Positions 1 to 8,125 of a stretch of 32,000 nt of DNA are shown here, piece after piece. Position 1 is the stretch's first letter, and the number at the start of each line of letters is the position of its first letter. The notes below the pieces were generated by a model, which did not search any database, was not told where the DNA came from, and saw nothing but the letters and a program-made list of their open reading frames with translations. The stretch comes from Pyrodictium delaneyi (GTDB taxonomy: Archaea > Thermoproteota > Thermoprotei_A > Sulfolobales > Pyrodictiaceae): the NCBI RefSeq assembly GCF_001412615.1, contig NZ_CP013011.1:870001-902000 (forward strand), given 5' to 3'. A program made the translations under genes and the position numbers.

Positions 1-56
1 CTCTTCTGTGGCTCTGGCGTGCTGCCGGGGGTGCTCTGGGTGGTGGTCCCTCTGTA

Positions 57-68
57 GGGGGGGGGGGG
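57..68. repeat. G12 homopolymer tract
   Basis: Twelve consecutive G at 57-68. It follows a TAG at 55-57 and lies about 70 nt upstream of the likely aminotransferase ATG (139). Confidence 0.9.
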
Positions 69-138
69 CGTGTGTAGGTTTTTATCGCGGGTTCTACTGG
101 TTCGGGGGTGGTGTGCTGGTGTGGCGCGCTTCCTCCTA

Positions 139-1260
139 ATGACGCCGGGTCCGACGGTTGTGGATCCCGACGTCCTGTTGGAGATGGCCCGGCCGACGAT
201 GAACCATGTGTCGCCGGAGTTTGACGAGCTGCACCGTGAGACACTGGGGCTGCTGGGGAGGGTGTTCGGCACCGGGGGCCGTGTCATACTGTTCCCGGGG
301 AGTGGTACTGCCGCGATGGAGCTGGCGGTGCGGAGTGTCGTCGGCCCTGGGGACCGTGTGCTCGTGCTCCGTGCGGGTGTGTTCGGGGACTATCTCGCCG
401 AGGCGGCCCGGAGCGTTGGGGCGCGGGTCGACGTGGCCCGGGTGGAGCCCGGCAAGGGGTTTACGGCGTCTATGCTGGAGGAGTACCTGTCCGGGGCCAG
501 CTATTCCGCTGTGTTGTTCCAGCACGTGGATACCTCTACTTCTGTCGCTAACCCGGTGGCCGAGCTAGCTAGGGTGGCTAGGAGGCACGGCGCCCGGGTT
601 GTGGTGGACGGGGTGGCCTCGATAGGCGGTATGGAGATGAGGATGGACGAGTGGGGCGTAGACGTGTGCTTCACGGGCTCGCAGAAAGCGCTCTCCACTC
701 CGCCAGGCCTAGCCATAGTGGCCTTCCGCGAGGGGTTCGAGCCCCGTAGGGACACCTCGACACTCTTCTTCAACGTGGAGAAGCTCCTCGCGGAGATGGA
801 GTCTACCCGGAACTACTACCTCACACCAGCAGTCAACCTAGTATACGGCCTCAACAGGTCGCTCAAGCGGATGATAGAGGGGGAGGGGCTCGGGGAGCGC
901 TACCGCCGCCACCGCGTCATGGCTGAGGCTGTGCAGGCCGCTGTCGAGGCACTGGGGCTCCAGCTGGTCGCCGAGAAGCCCTTCCGGGCCCGCACAGTCA
1001 CAGCCGTCTACTTGCCCCGGGGCATAGAGTGGCCAAGGCTCTACACGGAGGCCCGGAGGAGGGGCGTAGAGCTAGCCGGGGGCCTCGGCGAGCTGAAGGG
1101 CAGGATATTCAGGATAGGACACATGGGCGAAACCACGGTAAACGACATAGCCGCCACGATAGCCGTGCTCGAGAGGGTACTCGCCAGGCTAGGCTACAGC
1201 GTTAAACTAGGCAAGGGGCTAGAGGCTATGCAGCAAGTCCTAGACAGCCATGGATACTAG
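139..1260 (+). CDS. Class-V pyridoxal-phosphate aminotransferase (serine-pyruvate / alanine-glyoxylate aminotransferase family)
   Basis: ORF 70..1260. The N-terminus LLMTPGPTVVDP...NHVSPEF is typical of the AGXT/SGAT family, and the PLP-lysine motif is FTGSQKALSTPPG. I prefer the ATG at 139 (MTPGPT) over the GTG at 70, whose extra 23 aa look non-native. Confidence 0.9.
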   Translation: MTPGPTVVDPDVLLEMARPTMNHVSPEFDELHRETLGLLGRVFGTGGRVILFPGSGTAAMELAVRSVVGPGDRVLVLRAGVFGDYLAEAARSVGARVDVARVEPGKGFTASMLEEYLSGASYSAVLFQHVDTSTSVANPVAELARVARRHGARVVVDGVASIGGMEMRMDEWGVDVCFTGSQKALSTPPGLAIVAFREGFEPRRDTSTLFFNVEKLLAEMESTRNYYLTPAVNLVYGLNRSLKRMIEGEGLGERYRRHRVMAEAVQAAVEALGLQLVAEKPFRARTVTAVYLPRGIEWPRLYTEARRRGVELAGGLGELKGRIFRIGHMGETTVNDIAATIAVLERVLARLGYSVKLGKGLEAMQQVLDSHGY

Positions 1261-1426
1261 GCGATACCCGGGGGATCCTGGGCGGCGGGCCGTAGGGCAC
1301 GACACACCCTCTACCCCCTCGTAGCTGCAGGGGCAGTCATGGCAGCCCCTGGACTAGTGCTGGGTCCTGGTGGTTGGTTCGTTTCTGTATCCCCTGGCTG
1401 CTGTACCGCTACCGCTGCTGCCACGC

Positions 1427-1434
1427 TATTTAAG
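1427..1434 (+). promoter_or_regulatory. TATA-like box (TATTTAAG) upstream of the antitoxin gene
   Basis: TATTTAAG sits about 40 nt upstream of the GTG start at 1473, in an otherwise G+C-rich spacer. Confidence 0.3.
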
Positions 1435-1472
1435 GCTACGAGGATTGTTGTTAGAGCTGGAGGGCTGCGGCT

Positions 1473-1676
1473 GTGGCTAGGATAGTTCGTGCCCGGTACG
1501 AGAAGGGCGTACTAAGGCCTTTGGAGGATCTCGGGCTAGATGAGGGTGAGGAAGTGATAATAAGAGTGATTAGTGTTGAGGAGAGACGTCGTGTATTGAG
1601 GAAGTATAAGGGTGTCCTGGGTCCTGTTGACGAGGAATTGTTGGAGGAGGCGCTGGAGGAGGCAGAAACTCTTTGA
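1473..1676 (+). CDS. AF2212-like (DUF104) antitoxin, VapB-type partner of a PIN toxin
   Basis: 67 aa. ARYEKGVLRPLEDLGLDEGEEVIIRVI matches the KGVLKPLEPLDLPEGEEV signature of DUF104 antitoxins, followed by an acidic C-terminal tail. Its stop overlaps the start of a PIN reading frame (TTGA at 1673-1676). Confidence 0.75.
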   Translation: MARIVRARYEKGVLRPLEDLGLDEGEEVIIRVISVEERRRVLRKYKGVLGPVDEELLEEALEEAETL

Positions 1677-2120
1677 TCTATGTGGATGCTAATGCCCTGG
1701 TATACCTCCTCCATGATGTTAGGCCTAGATCCGATATAGTAGAGGATGTACTGAGCCGGGAGGATAGGGTATACACTAGTCTACGCACCTTAGAGGGGTC
1801 TCCTACGTCCTGATACGTGTAAAGGCTACGAGGCAGTATGGGGTACGAGGAGTACATGGGGTAAGAGAGGCTATAAAGCGCTATGGGCTTGGCTTCGTGA
1901 AGAGGGAGCTGGAGCAGCTACGCGGCATTATCAGAGATTATGGTGTAGAAGTGCTACCCGACATAGCTGCTCTTGACGAGCTACACGAAACCATGTGAGG
2001 TACAAGCTTCTCCCAGGTGATGCACTGATAGCCCTTACATGTAGACGCTACGGTATCGGGAGAATACTGACCTTCGACGAGGACTTCAAACGGGTACCGT
2101 GGCTAGAAGTAATACCCTAG
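1673..2120 (+). pseudogene. vapC: PIN-domain (VapC-type) toxin disrupted by two apparent 1-nt deletions
   Basis: Hand translation gives three consecutive frames:
- 1673-1810: LIYVDANALVYLLHDV...SLRTLEG, then TGA at 1811
- 1801-1995: SYVLIRVKATRQYG...IAALDELHETM, then TGA at 1996
- 1998-2117: RYKLLPGDALIALTCRRYGIGRILTFDEDFKRVPWLEVIP, then TAG at 2118
The four PIN acidic positions are all present (YVDAN, TLE, PGDA, FDEDF) but are spread over the three frames. Confidence 0.7.
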
Positions 2121-2151
2121 TTCGGCGTAGGACGACATAGTTAGCCATACT

Positions 2152-2203
2152 CTGCTATACCCCTACATGGAATCCTCCTTAGGGGTAGGATGTAGTATAG
2201 CAG
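2152..2203. other. Interrupted 14-bp stem-loop in a convergent intergenic gap
   Basis: CTGCTATA (2152-2159) pairs with TATAGCAG (2196-2203). CTACAT (2163-2168) pairs with ATGTAG (2190-2195). There is a 3-nt bulge and a 21-nt loop. Confidence 0.5.
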
Positions 2204-2312
2204 GCTTACTGGAGATAACAACCATAACTATGTGGTGAGAGGCGCCATATGGTGTTGCCTGGCCTAGTGTGTTAGCTGAGCTATCCGGGGAGAAGGATGA
2301 GGGCCCCTGGGG

Positions 2313-2744
2313 CTAGTCTTCGACTACTAGCTCTTCTTTTATCTCCGGGTTGATCCTCTTTATGCTCGCGTATACTGGGCAGCTGTTCCGGACTAGCCTG
2401 TATAGCTTCTCCGCGGTGTCCCGGTCTAGCCCGGCTACGTGTACCCGTATCTCGAGCTGCTGGAGGCCGTGGCCTAGCCGGAACCTGCCGTTGACCTTTA
2501 TCCGGACCTTGTAGGGCTTGTTTATGCCTAGCCGGCTAGCTATCATCCTGAACATGAACGCTTCGCATGAGGCTAAGCCTGCTAGGAATAGCTCCAGGGG
2601 TGTGGGCTTGCCCGCTTCTCCCCCATACTCTGGGGGCTCCGAGGCCTCTATGACCGCGCCGTTGCCGGTGTGGATCGTGGCTGTGGGTGTCTCGGGTGTT
2701 GTCTCGGCTTCTACGGTTATGGGTGGTATCTGGTGCTCCTGCAT
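2313..2744 (-). CDS. osmC: OsmC/Ohr-family peroxiredoxin-like protein
   Basis: 143 aa with the two family cysteines in context: PLELFLAGLASCEAFMF and VRNSCPVYASI. Confidence 0.85.
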   Translation of the reverse strand: MQEHQIPPITVEAETTPETPTATIHTGNGAVIEASEPPEYGGEAGKPTPLELFLAGLASCEAFMFRMIASRLGINKPYKVRIKVNGRFRLGHGLQQLEIRVHVAGLDRDTAEKLYRLVRNSCPVYASIKRINPEIKEELVVED

Positions 2745-2985
2745 TCCCGTGTTTCACCGCGAACAAAACGATGTTTACACAAGTTAATATCAGTGGTGCC
2801 GTATACACGGCCAGACGTAGCACGAGGCAGGACAAGGAGACCCCCCGGACGCCCCCGGGGGCTCCTCTACGGGCTGGGTATGGTGCCCCCGGGCTCTAGG
2901 CGGGGCGACTGTTTTAATCCGGAGCCCATGCCATACATATACCTAGTGCCTGCATCCATACTCTGTACGCCACAGGTGGTGTATC

Positions 2986-3546
2986 ATGGCTGCTCCCCGG
3001 CCCATGACCCTGGATGCGCTCCTGTCCGCGTTCGGCGGCGAGTCTATGGCCCATATGAGGTACCTCCTCTTCGCCGAGATAGCCGAGAAGGAGGGCTTCG
3101 GGAACGTCGCGAGGCTCTTCCGGGCGGTGGCGTTCGCGGAGCAGGTGCACGCCCGGAACCACTTCGAGAAGCTCCGCGGCCTAGACCTGGACGCCAAGGT
3201 TGTCGCCGGCGCGCCGTTCGGCCCGGGCCCAACCTCGAAGAACCTAGAGATGGCGATCAGAGGCGAGGAGTTCGAGGTAGAAGAGATGTACCCAGCCTAC
3301 ATCGCGGTAGCCGAGCAGCAGGGGGAGAAACAGGCTGCGCTCAGCTTCCGCTGGGCCCTAGAGGCCGAGAAGACGCACGCCCAGCTCTTCCGCAGAGCCA
3401 AGGAGGCCGTAGACCGGGGCGAAGACCTCGCCATCGACGGCAACATCTGGGTGTGCCCCGTCTGTGGCCACACCTACGTCGGCCCAGAGCCCCCAGACCG
3501 GTGCCCCATATGCGGCGCCCCCCGGGAAAGATACGTGAAGTTCTAG
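2986..3546 (+). CDS. rbr: Rubrerythrin
   Basis: 186 aa. Diiron four-helix-bundle motifs are present (ESMAHMRYLLFAEIAEKEG, FAEQVHARNH, EEMYPAY, LEAEKTHAQLF), with a C-terminal rubredoxin knuckle CPVCGH...CPICGAP. Confidence 0.95.
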   Translation: MAAPRPMTLDALLSAFGGESMAHMRYLLFAEIAEKEGFGNVARLFRAVAFAEQVHARNHFEKLRGLDLDAKVVAGAPFGPGPTSKNLEMAIRGEEFEVEEMYPAYIAVAEQQGEKQAALSFRWALEAEKTHAQLFRRAKEAVDRGEDLAIDGNIWVCPVCGHTYVGPEPPDRCPICGAPRERYVKF

Positions 3547-3583
3547 CCCCGTCCGCCCTGGGGTCTTAGCTGGCGCTTTTCTC

Positions 3584-3769
3584 CTAGCTGTGGCCTGGCA
3601 TGCCTTGTGGACCGTGCTCTAGGTAGTAGTCTGGGTTCTTTTCGAACTCCTTCTTGCACATCGGGCTGCAGAAGTAGTATATCCGGCCCTTGTAGACCGT
3701 CCTGTAGGGCGTCTTCTCCGGGTCTACTTTCATCCCGCAGACAGGGTCTACCGCCTCGTGGCCTGCCAC
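3584..3769 (-). CDS. YHS/TRASH-domain metal-binding protein (CopM-like copper chaperone)
   Basis: 61 aa. DPVCGMKVD...YYFCSPMCKKEF is the YHS/TRASH cysteine pattern. It lies immediately downstream of copA on the same strand. Confidence 0.85.
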   Translation of the reverse strand: MAGHEAVDPVCGMKVDPEKTPYRTVYKGRIYYFCSPMCKKEFEKNPDYYLEHGPQGMPGHS

Positions 3770-3924
3770 GCCTCCTCCCTCCCGGGTTTACATCTACTTG
3801 GCCGTTCCGGTGTTTTCTGGTGCTGGTCGGCTGCTACCCGGGGTGTAGCCAGTCCGTAATGCTAAGCTGGTATGCTGTCTCGAGCTCGAGGGGTTCTGGG
3901 CTAGACGTCTGCTGGGCGTGTTGG

Positions 3925-6360
3925 CTACTGTATTAGGCGTCTGCTTAGGAGTAGCGTGTTGAGGGTCACGGATATGGAGCTCAACGCCATGGCTGCAGCT
4001 GCCGCCTCTGGCCGTAGCATGAGCCCGTGCGAGGGGTAGAGCGCGCCTGCTGCGACCGGGATTAGGGTCGCGTTGTAGAGGAAGGCCCAGAGGAGGTTTA
4101 GCCGGATGAGCCTGTAGATGCCCCTGGCAGCCTTTATGGCTGTTACTACTCCGCGTAGGTCGTCGCGCACGAGGATTATGTCGCCAGCCTCCTTGGCTAT
4201 ATCGGTGCCTCGTCCCATGGCTATGCCTACGTCGGCCTGTGCGAGGCTCGCTGCGTCGTTGATCCCGTCGCCCACCATTGCTACGACCTCGCTGCGGCGC
4301 TGAAGCCCGCGTATCATCTCCGCCTTGTCTTCCGGGCTTGCCTCGGCTATGACGTGGTCTATGCCCAGCTGCCTCGCCACAGCCCATGCTGTCACACGGT
4401 TATCGCCGGTCAGCATGGCCACGCGCAGCCCCATGCGATGCAGAGTCTCGATGACCTCGCGTGCATGGGGTCTAGGCCTATCGGCGACCGCTACGACGCC
4501 GGCTAGCTTACCGTCCACCGCGACGTATACTATCGTCGCGCCTAGCTCCCGGAGCCTCCTCACGTCCTCCTCCGCCTGCGCAAGGTCCACCTCGAAGCCC
4601 TTCATCAGCTTCTCGTTGCCCACCGCTACAGTCCCACCGGAGACCACCGCCACGACGCCCTGGCCGGGGATCGCTGTGAAGCTCTCTGGCTCCGGTGGCT
4701 CTACTCCAGCCTTCCTGGCTGCCTCCACGATGGACCTAGCTATCGGGTGTTCACTCCTCTTCTCGGCCGCCGCGGCTAGAGCTAGCAGCTCGTCCCTCGG
4801 GAAGCCGTAGGTCACAATCTCTATGACCTCTGGACGGCCGATGGTGAGGGTACCAGTCTTATCAAAGACTACCATTGTCAGCTTTACCGCCTTCTCTATG
4901 GACTCAACGTTCCTTATCACCACGCCCCATCTCGCAGCCTGGCCGAGCCCCGCGACTACTGCTAGGGGCGAGGCTAGACCTAGAGCGCAGGGGCAGGCGA
5001 TGAGCAGCACAGAGGCGAGGAAGACGAGCGCCTTTCCAAGCGGCAGACCCGCCACGAAATACCAGTAGATGAACACCGCAGCTGCAATCCCCATGACGAG
5101 CCACGCGAATACGCCGGCAACTCTGTCGACGAGGCGCTGTATCGGAGGCTTACCTGCCTGGGCATGCCTTACAAGCCTGACTATCTGGGCGAGCACCGTG
5201 TCCTTGCCTACGCGCGTTACGCGGACACGTAGGTAGCCGGTCGTTAGCATGGTCCCGGCTATCACGGGGTCGCCTGGCTTCTTCTCCACTGGTATAGGCT
5301 CACCAGTCACCATTGACTCGTCGACGTATCCATGGCCCTCCTCGACAATGCCATCGACCGGTATCCGCTCACCAGACTTCACGGCGACCAGGTCTCCGAC
5401 CCGGACACGGCTTAGCGGCACCTCCTCCTCGGCTCCATCTTTTACCAGCCTCGCTACTGGGGGCTGCAGCTCGAGCAGCTTCCGGACCGCCTCACCAGTA
5501 CGCAGCTTCATCTTTGCCTCAATGTACCTGCCCAGCAGTATGAAGGAGACTATGAAGGCTGGTGCCTCGAAGTATGTCTCGGACTCTATGAGGCCAAACA
5601 TAGCGGCTACGCTGAGGACATAGGCGGCGCCGCTGCCGAGGGCTACAAGGGTATCCATACCAGCCGACAGGTTCCTCAGAGACCTGACAGCGCCGACGAA
5701 GAATCTACGTCCCCCGACTACTAGCACGAATGTAGCTATGAGGAAGCCCGCAAGGTCTACTACCTGCTTGGGGAGCCCTAGTAGGGGCTTTGCTAGATAC
5801 ATGAGTAGAGCTAGGATGATCGAGGGCGGGAGGCTGAGGAGTACAAGGCGCCTCAGCTCAGCAACCTCGCGCTCTGCTATCCGCTGTTCAATACCCTCGA
5901 GATCAGACTCCTCGGCTCCAACCTCGACTACACGGTAACCCATTGACTCCAGGTGCTTCCTAATCTCGTCCACAGTAAGTGTCAGCGGGTTATAGGTTAC
6001 TATCACCTTCTTAGCTGTGTGGAGAGCCTTGACCTCGACAACCCCTGGTATCTTCGACAGCTTGTTCTCTATGGTGAGCTCGTCGCTAGGGGTGCTTAGG
6101 TTCTCAATTATAAACACTGCTTCTTCACGGTAAACGTCGTAGCCGACCTCGCGTACAACCCTAACTATGTCCTTAAGACTCGTGGTTGAAGGATCGAACT
6201 CAACTACAGCTTCTCCTGTAGCGAAGTTTACTGAGACCCCACTGACACCATTCACTCTACGCAGAGCCTTCTCGATAGTTACCGCGCAGTTCGCACAGTG
6301 CATACCGAGCACACGTAGCTTCATCGCTGCCCGTCTCTGCTCCTCAGTAGTTATCCTCAT
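3925..6360 (-). CDS. copA: Copper-translocating P1B-type ATPase
   Basis: 811 aa. It has an N-terminal HMA domain (GMHCANC), the CPC transmembrane metal site (LIACPCALGLASP), the phosphorylation motif DKTGTLT, plus TGEP, MLTGDN and GDGINDA. A start at M13 (MKLRVLGMHC) is equally possible. Confidence 0.97.
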   Translation of the reverse strand: MRITTEEQRRAAMKLRVLGMHCANCAVTIEKALRRVNGVSGVSVNFATGEAVVEFDPSTTSLKDIVRVVREVGYDVYREEAVFIIENLSTPSDELTIENKLSKIPGVVEVKALHTAKKVIVTYNPLTLTVDEIRKHLESMGYRVVEVGAEESDLEGIEQRIAEREVAELRRLVLLSLPPSIILALLMYLAKPLLGLPKQVVDLAGFLIATFVLVVGGRRFFVGAVRSLRNLSAGMDTLVALGSGAAYVLSVAAMFGLIESETYFEAPAFIVSFILLGRYIEAKMKLRTGEAVRKLLELQPPVARLVKDGAEEEVPLSRVRVGDLVAVKSGERIPVDGIVEEGHGYVDESMVTGEPIPVEKKPGDPVIAGTMLTTGYLRVRVTRVGKDTVLAQIVRLVRHAQAGKPPIQRLVDRVAGVFAWLVMGIAAAVFIYWYFVAGLPLGKALVFLASVLLIACPCALGLASPLAVVAGLGQAARWGVVIRNVESIEKAVKLTMVVFDKTGTLTIGRPEVIEIVTYGFPRDELLALAAAAEKRSEHPIARSIVEAARKAGVEPPEPESFTAIPGQGVVAVVSGGTVAVGNEKLMKGFEVDLAQAEEDVRRLRELGATIVYVAVDGKLAGVVAVADRPRPHAREVIETLHRMGLRVAMLTGDNRVTAWAVARQLGIDHVIAEASPEDKAEMIRGLQRRSEVVAMVGDGINDAASLAQADVGIAMGRGTDIAKEAGDIILVRDDLRGVVTAIKAARGIYRLIRLNLLWAFLYNATLIPVAAGALYPSHGLMLRPEAAAAAMALSSISVTLNTLLLSRRLIQ

Positions 6361-6661
6361 GCTCTTCTTCTTACCCGTGGAGCCGCTGGCCGTACCAGCA
6401 CCACCCCGGCCACAGAAAGCTAGGCTAGAGCACGTCTATGCTTATATCCCCGGCACCGGGTACAATACCAGCAGTCATGCCCGCTGCTCCATACACTCTA
6501 GCGTTTGGCCAGCCACAACAAGGATCCTAGAGGCAATCAAGTGTCGTCTGCAACCCTTGCAAGCCCACGAGGAGCCTGGAGGAAACACGCCATAGAGTGC
6601 CTGGAGGCCGGGTAGCTGTCGCTCCTTAAGCTACACTGCTATGCATTGTCTGTCTATGTTG

Positions 6662-8068
6662 TTAGCCTGGGCTGCATGCCTCTCTGCTCAGCCGCTCGTA
6701 GTCCTCCAGGGTGATTATGTGCTCGTCTGGTAGTGTTGCTGGCTCTCCTTCAAGCTCGCGTACTGCTAGCAGGTAGATGGTCTCAGAGGGCTTGACCGGT
6801 AGATGCTGGGCTTTCGCCCGCAGCTTGTCTAGTTCGCGGCGTGCCTCCACGGCTGTTAGGGCTGCCCACTTTGCCTCGGCTACGAGTAGCCGTGGCGGCT
6901 CTAGGGTCTCGTCTAGTGCTACCAGGTCTATCTCCATGCCACGGTGCCACCAGGGGCCCATGCGGGTCGGGGTTACCCCTAGCTCGCCGTTCTGCGCCAT
7001 CCGCCCGACTATCGCTGCTAGGGTTTCCTCCCACACGCCGGGCATCACGTTGGCCTCGAAGTCCCTCCGGACAGCTTCTACGACCTTCTTAGAGAGGCCT
7101 AGCTCTATTGCAGAGCGGTGGCGGGGTATGTAGCGGAACCAGAAAGCCAGGAACCGGTCTGCGACCCGGTAGCGGGCCCTACCCCTCCCAAGTATGGGAG
7201 CGACGCGCTCCACTAGGCCCATCTCCTCTAGGACTCGGAGGTACTTGGAGAGGCTCTCCGCGGGGACGCCACTCCGCGAGGCTATCTCGCCATAGCTCGT
7301 CGCGCCGCCCGCTATGGCTTCTAGTACCGCGTAGTACCGGGTCACCTCGCGTAGCTCCTCCCGGAGCAAGTACCTGGCCTCGTCGAGGAACCGGGCGTTG
7401 GGCCTCAGCATGAGTCTCTCGACGTTCTCCCAGAGATTCTCGCTGGGGTCTACCTCGGCTAGGTAGCCGGGGACGCCGCCTACTACGCCGTAGAGGCGGA
7501 GAGAGTCGCCTGGGCTCCAGCCCGGGGTGAAGCACCTAGCCTCCAGGGGGCCGAGAGGCTGGAGCCTCATCACACCAGTCAGCCGGCCGTAGAGGGGGCT
7601 ACGCTGCGAAAGCACGCCCTCACTGAAGGAGACGAGACTACCCATAAGAAGGATAAACACCCTCGTCCCCGATAGCCTGGTATCCCAGACGGCTTGTAGC
7701 GTAGAGAGGAGCCCAGGGCTAGCCGCGGCCGCGTACTGGAACTCATCGATGACAAACCCTATTCTCTCCTTCTCGGCGAGACGGGCCAGGTAGAGGAGCA
7801 CTTGCCTCCAGCTGGTAAACGGCCTCTCCTCGAGTAGCTCGTCCCCCGTGAACTCTGCTAGCTCCAGGCTAAGCTTCTCTAGGAGCCTCTGCTCTGGCAC
7901 CTCCTCCGCCACGAAGTAGAAGACCCGACGCCCCTTCATCCACTCCCATACAAGCCGGGTCTTCCCAACCCGGCGGCGCCCATAGACCAGCAGTAGCTCG
8001 GCACGGCCGCTTCTCCAGTGCTCCTCGAGCCAGCCCAGCTCCCGCCTACGGTCAACAAACAGCGCCAC
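6662..8068 (-). CDS. Archaeal ATPase (Arch_ATPase/AAA) fused to a wHTH and a DUF234 PD-(D/E)xK-like C-terminal domain
   Basis: 468 aa with a GTG start. Walker A is GRRRVGKT and Walker B is GFVIDEFQY. The central segment YAVLEAIAGGATSYGEIA...YLRVLEEMGLV looks like a winged helix. The C-terminal MEIDLVALDE...LLVAEAKW fits a D...E-x-K nuclease-like motif typical of DUF234. Confidence 0.9.
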   Translation of the reverse strand: MALFVDRRRELGWLEEHWRSGRAELLLVYGRRRVGKTRLVWEWMKGRRVFYFVAEEVPEQRLLEKLSLELAEFTGDELLEERPFTSWRQVLLYLARLAEKERIGFVIDEFQYAAAASPGLLSTLQAVWDTRLSGTRVFILLMGSLVSFSEGVLSQRSPLYGRLTGVMRLQPLGPLEARCFTPGWSPGDSLRLYGVVGGVPGYLAEVDPSENLWENVERLMLRPNARFLDEARYLLREELREVTRYYAVLEAIAGGATSYGEIASRSGVPAESLSKYLRVLEEMGLVERVAPILGRGRARYRVADRFLAFWFRYIPRHRSAIELGLSKKVVEAVRRDFEANVMPGVWEETLAAIVGRMAQNGELGVTPTRMGPWWHRGMEIDLVALDETLEPPRLLVAEAKWAALTAVEARRELDKLRAKAQHLPVKPSETIYLLAVRELEGEPATLPDEHIITLEDYERLSREACSPG

Positions 8069-8082
8069 TGGTACCAGACCCT

Positions 8083-8125
8083 AGAGTACAGACTCTGGAG
8101 TCTCAGACTCTAAAGTCTGTACTCT
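8083..8125. promoter_or_regulatory. 43-bp near-perfect palindrome (candidate operator or RNA hairpin) upstream of the DUF234 ATPase gene
   Basis: AGAGTACAGACTCTGGAGTCTCAGACTCTAAAGTCTGTACTCT. Checked by hand, 19 of 21 positions are complementary around the centre at 8104, and the outer arms are a perfect 12 bp. It starts 15 nt upstream of the GTG at 8068. On the minus strand it contains a TTTAGA TATA-like element. Confidence 0.6.

Noticed and set aside
1-57. Possible 3' end of a plus-strand gene (LFCGSGVLPGVLWVVVPL* ending at the TAG at 55-57).
   Set aside because: Only 18 codons are visible. A hydrophobic tail is plausible but cannot be supported from this fragment.
2205-2290. Possible C/D-box sRNA (GGTGAG/GGATGAG C-box-like and CTGA D-box-like strings).
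   Set aside because: The boxes deviate from RUGAUGA. The C, D', C' and D spacing does not fit the 12-nt guide architecture, and there is no terminal kink-turn pairing.
2670-3569. 299-aa plus-strand ORF, with related 62-84-aa ORFs, overlapping the rubrerythrin gene.
   Set aside because: The translation is extremely Arg/Pro/Gly-rich and low in complexity. It lies in an alternative frame of a gene with unmistakable rubrerythrin motifs. This is a typical stop-poor shadow frame in G+C-rich DNA.
3794-5623. Several 60-197-aa ORFs on both strands inside copA (for example 3794-4387 minus, 4325-4810 plus, 5249-5623 plus).
   Set aside because: All are out of frame or antisense to a full-length P-type ATPase. 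Their Ser/Thr/Arg/Pro-rich translations carry no motifs.
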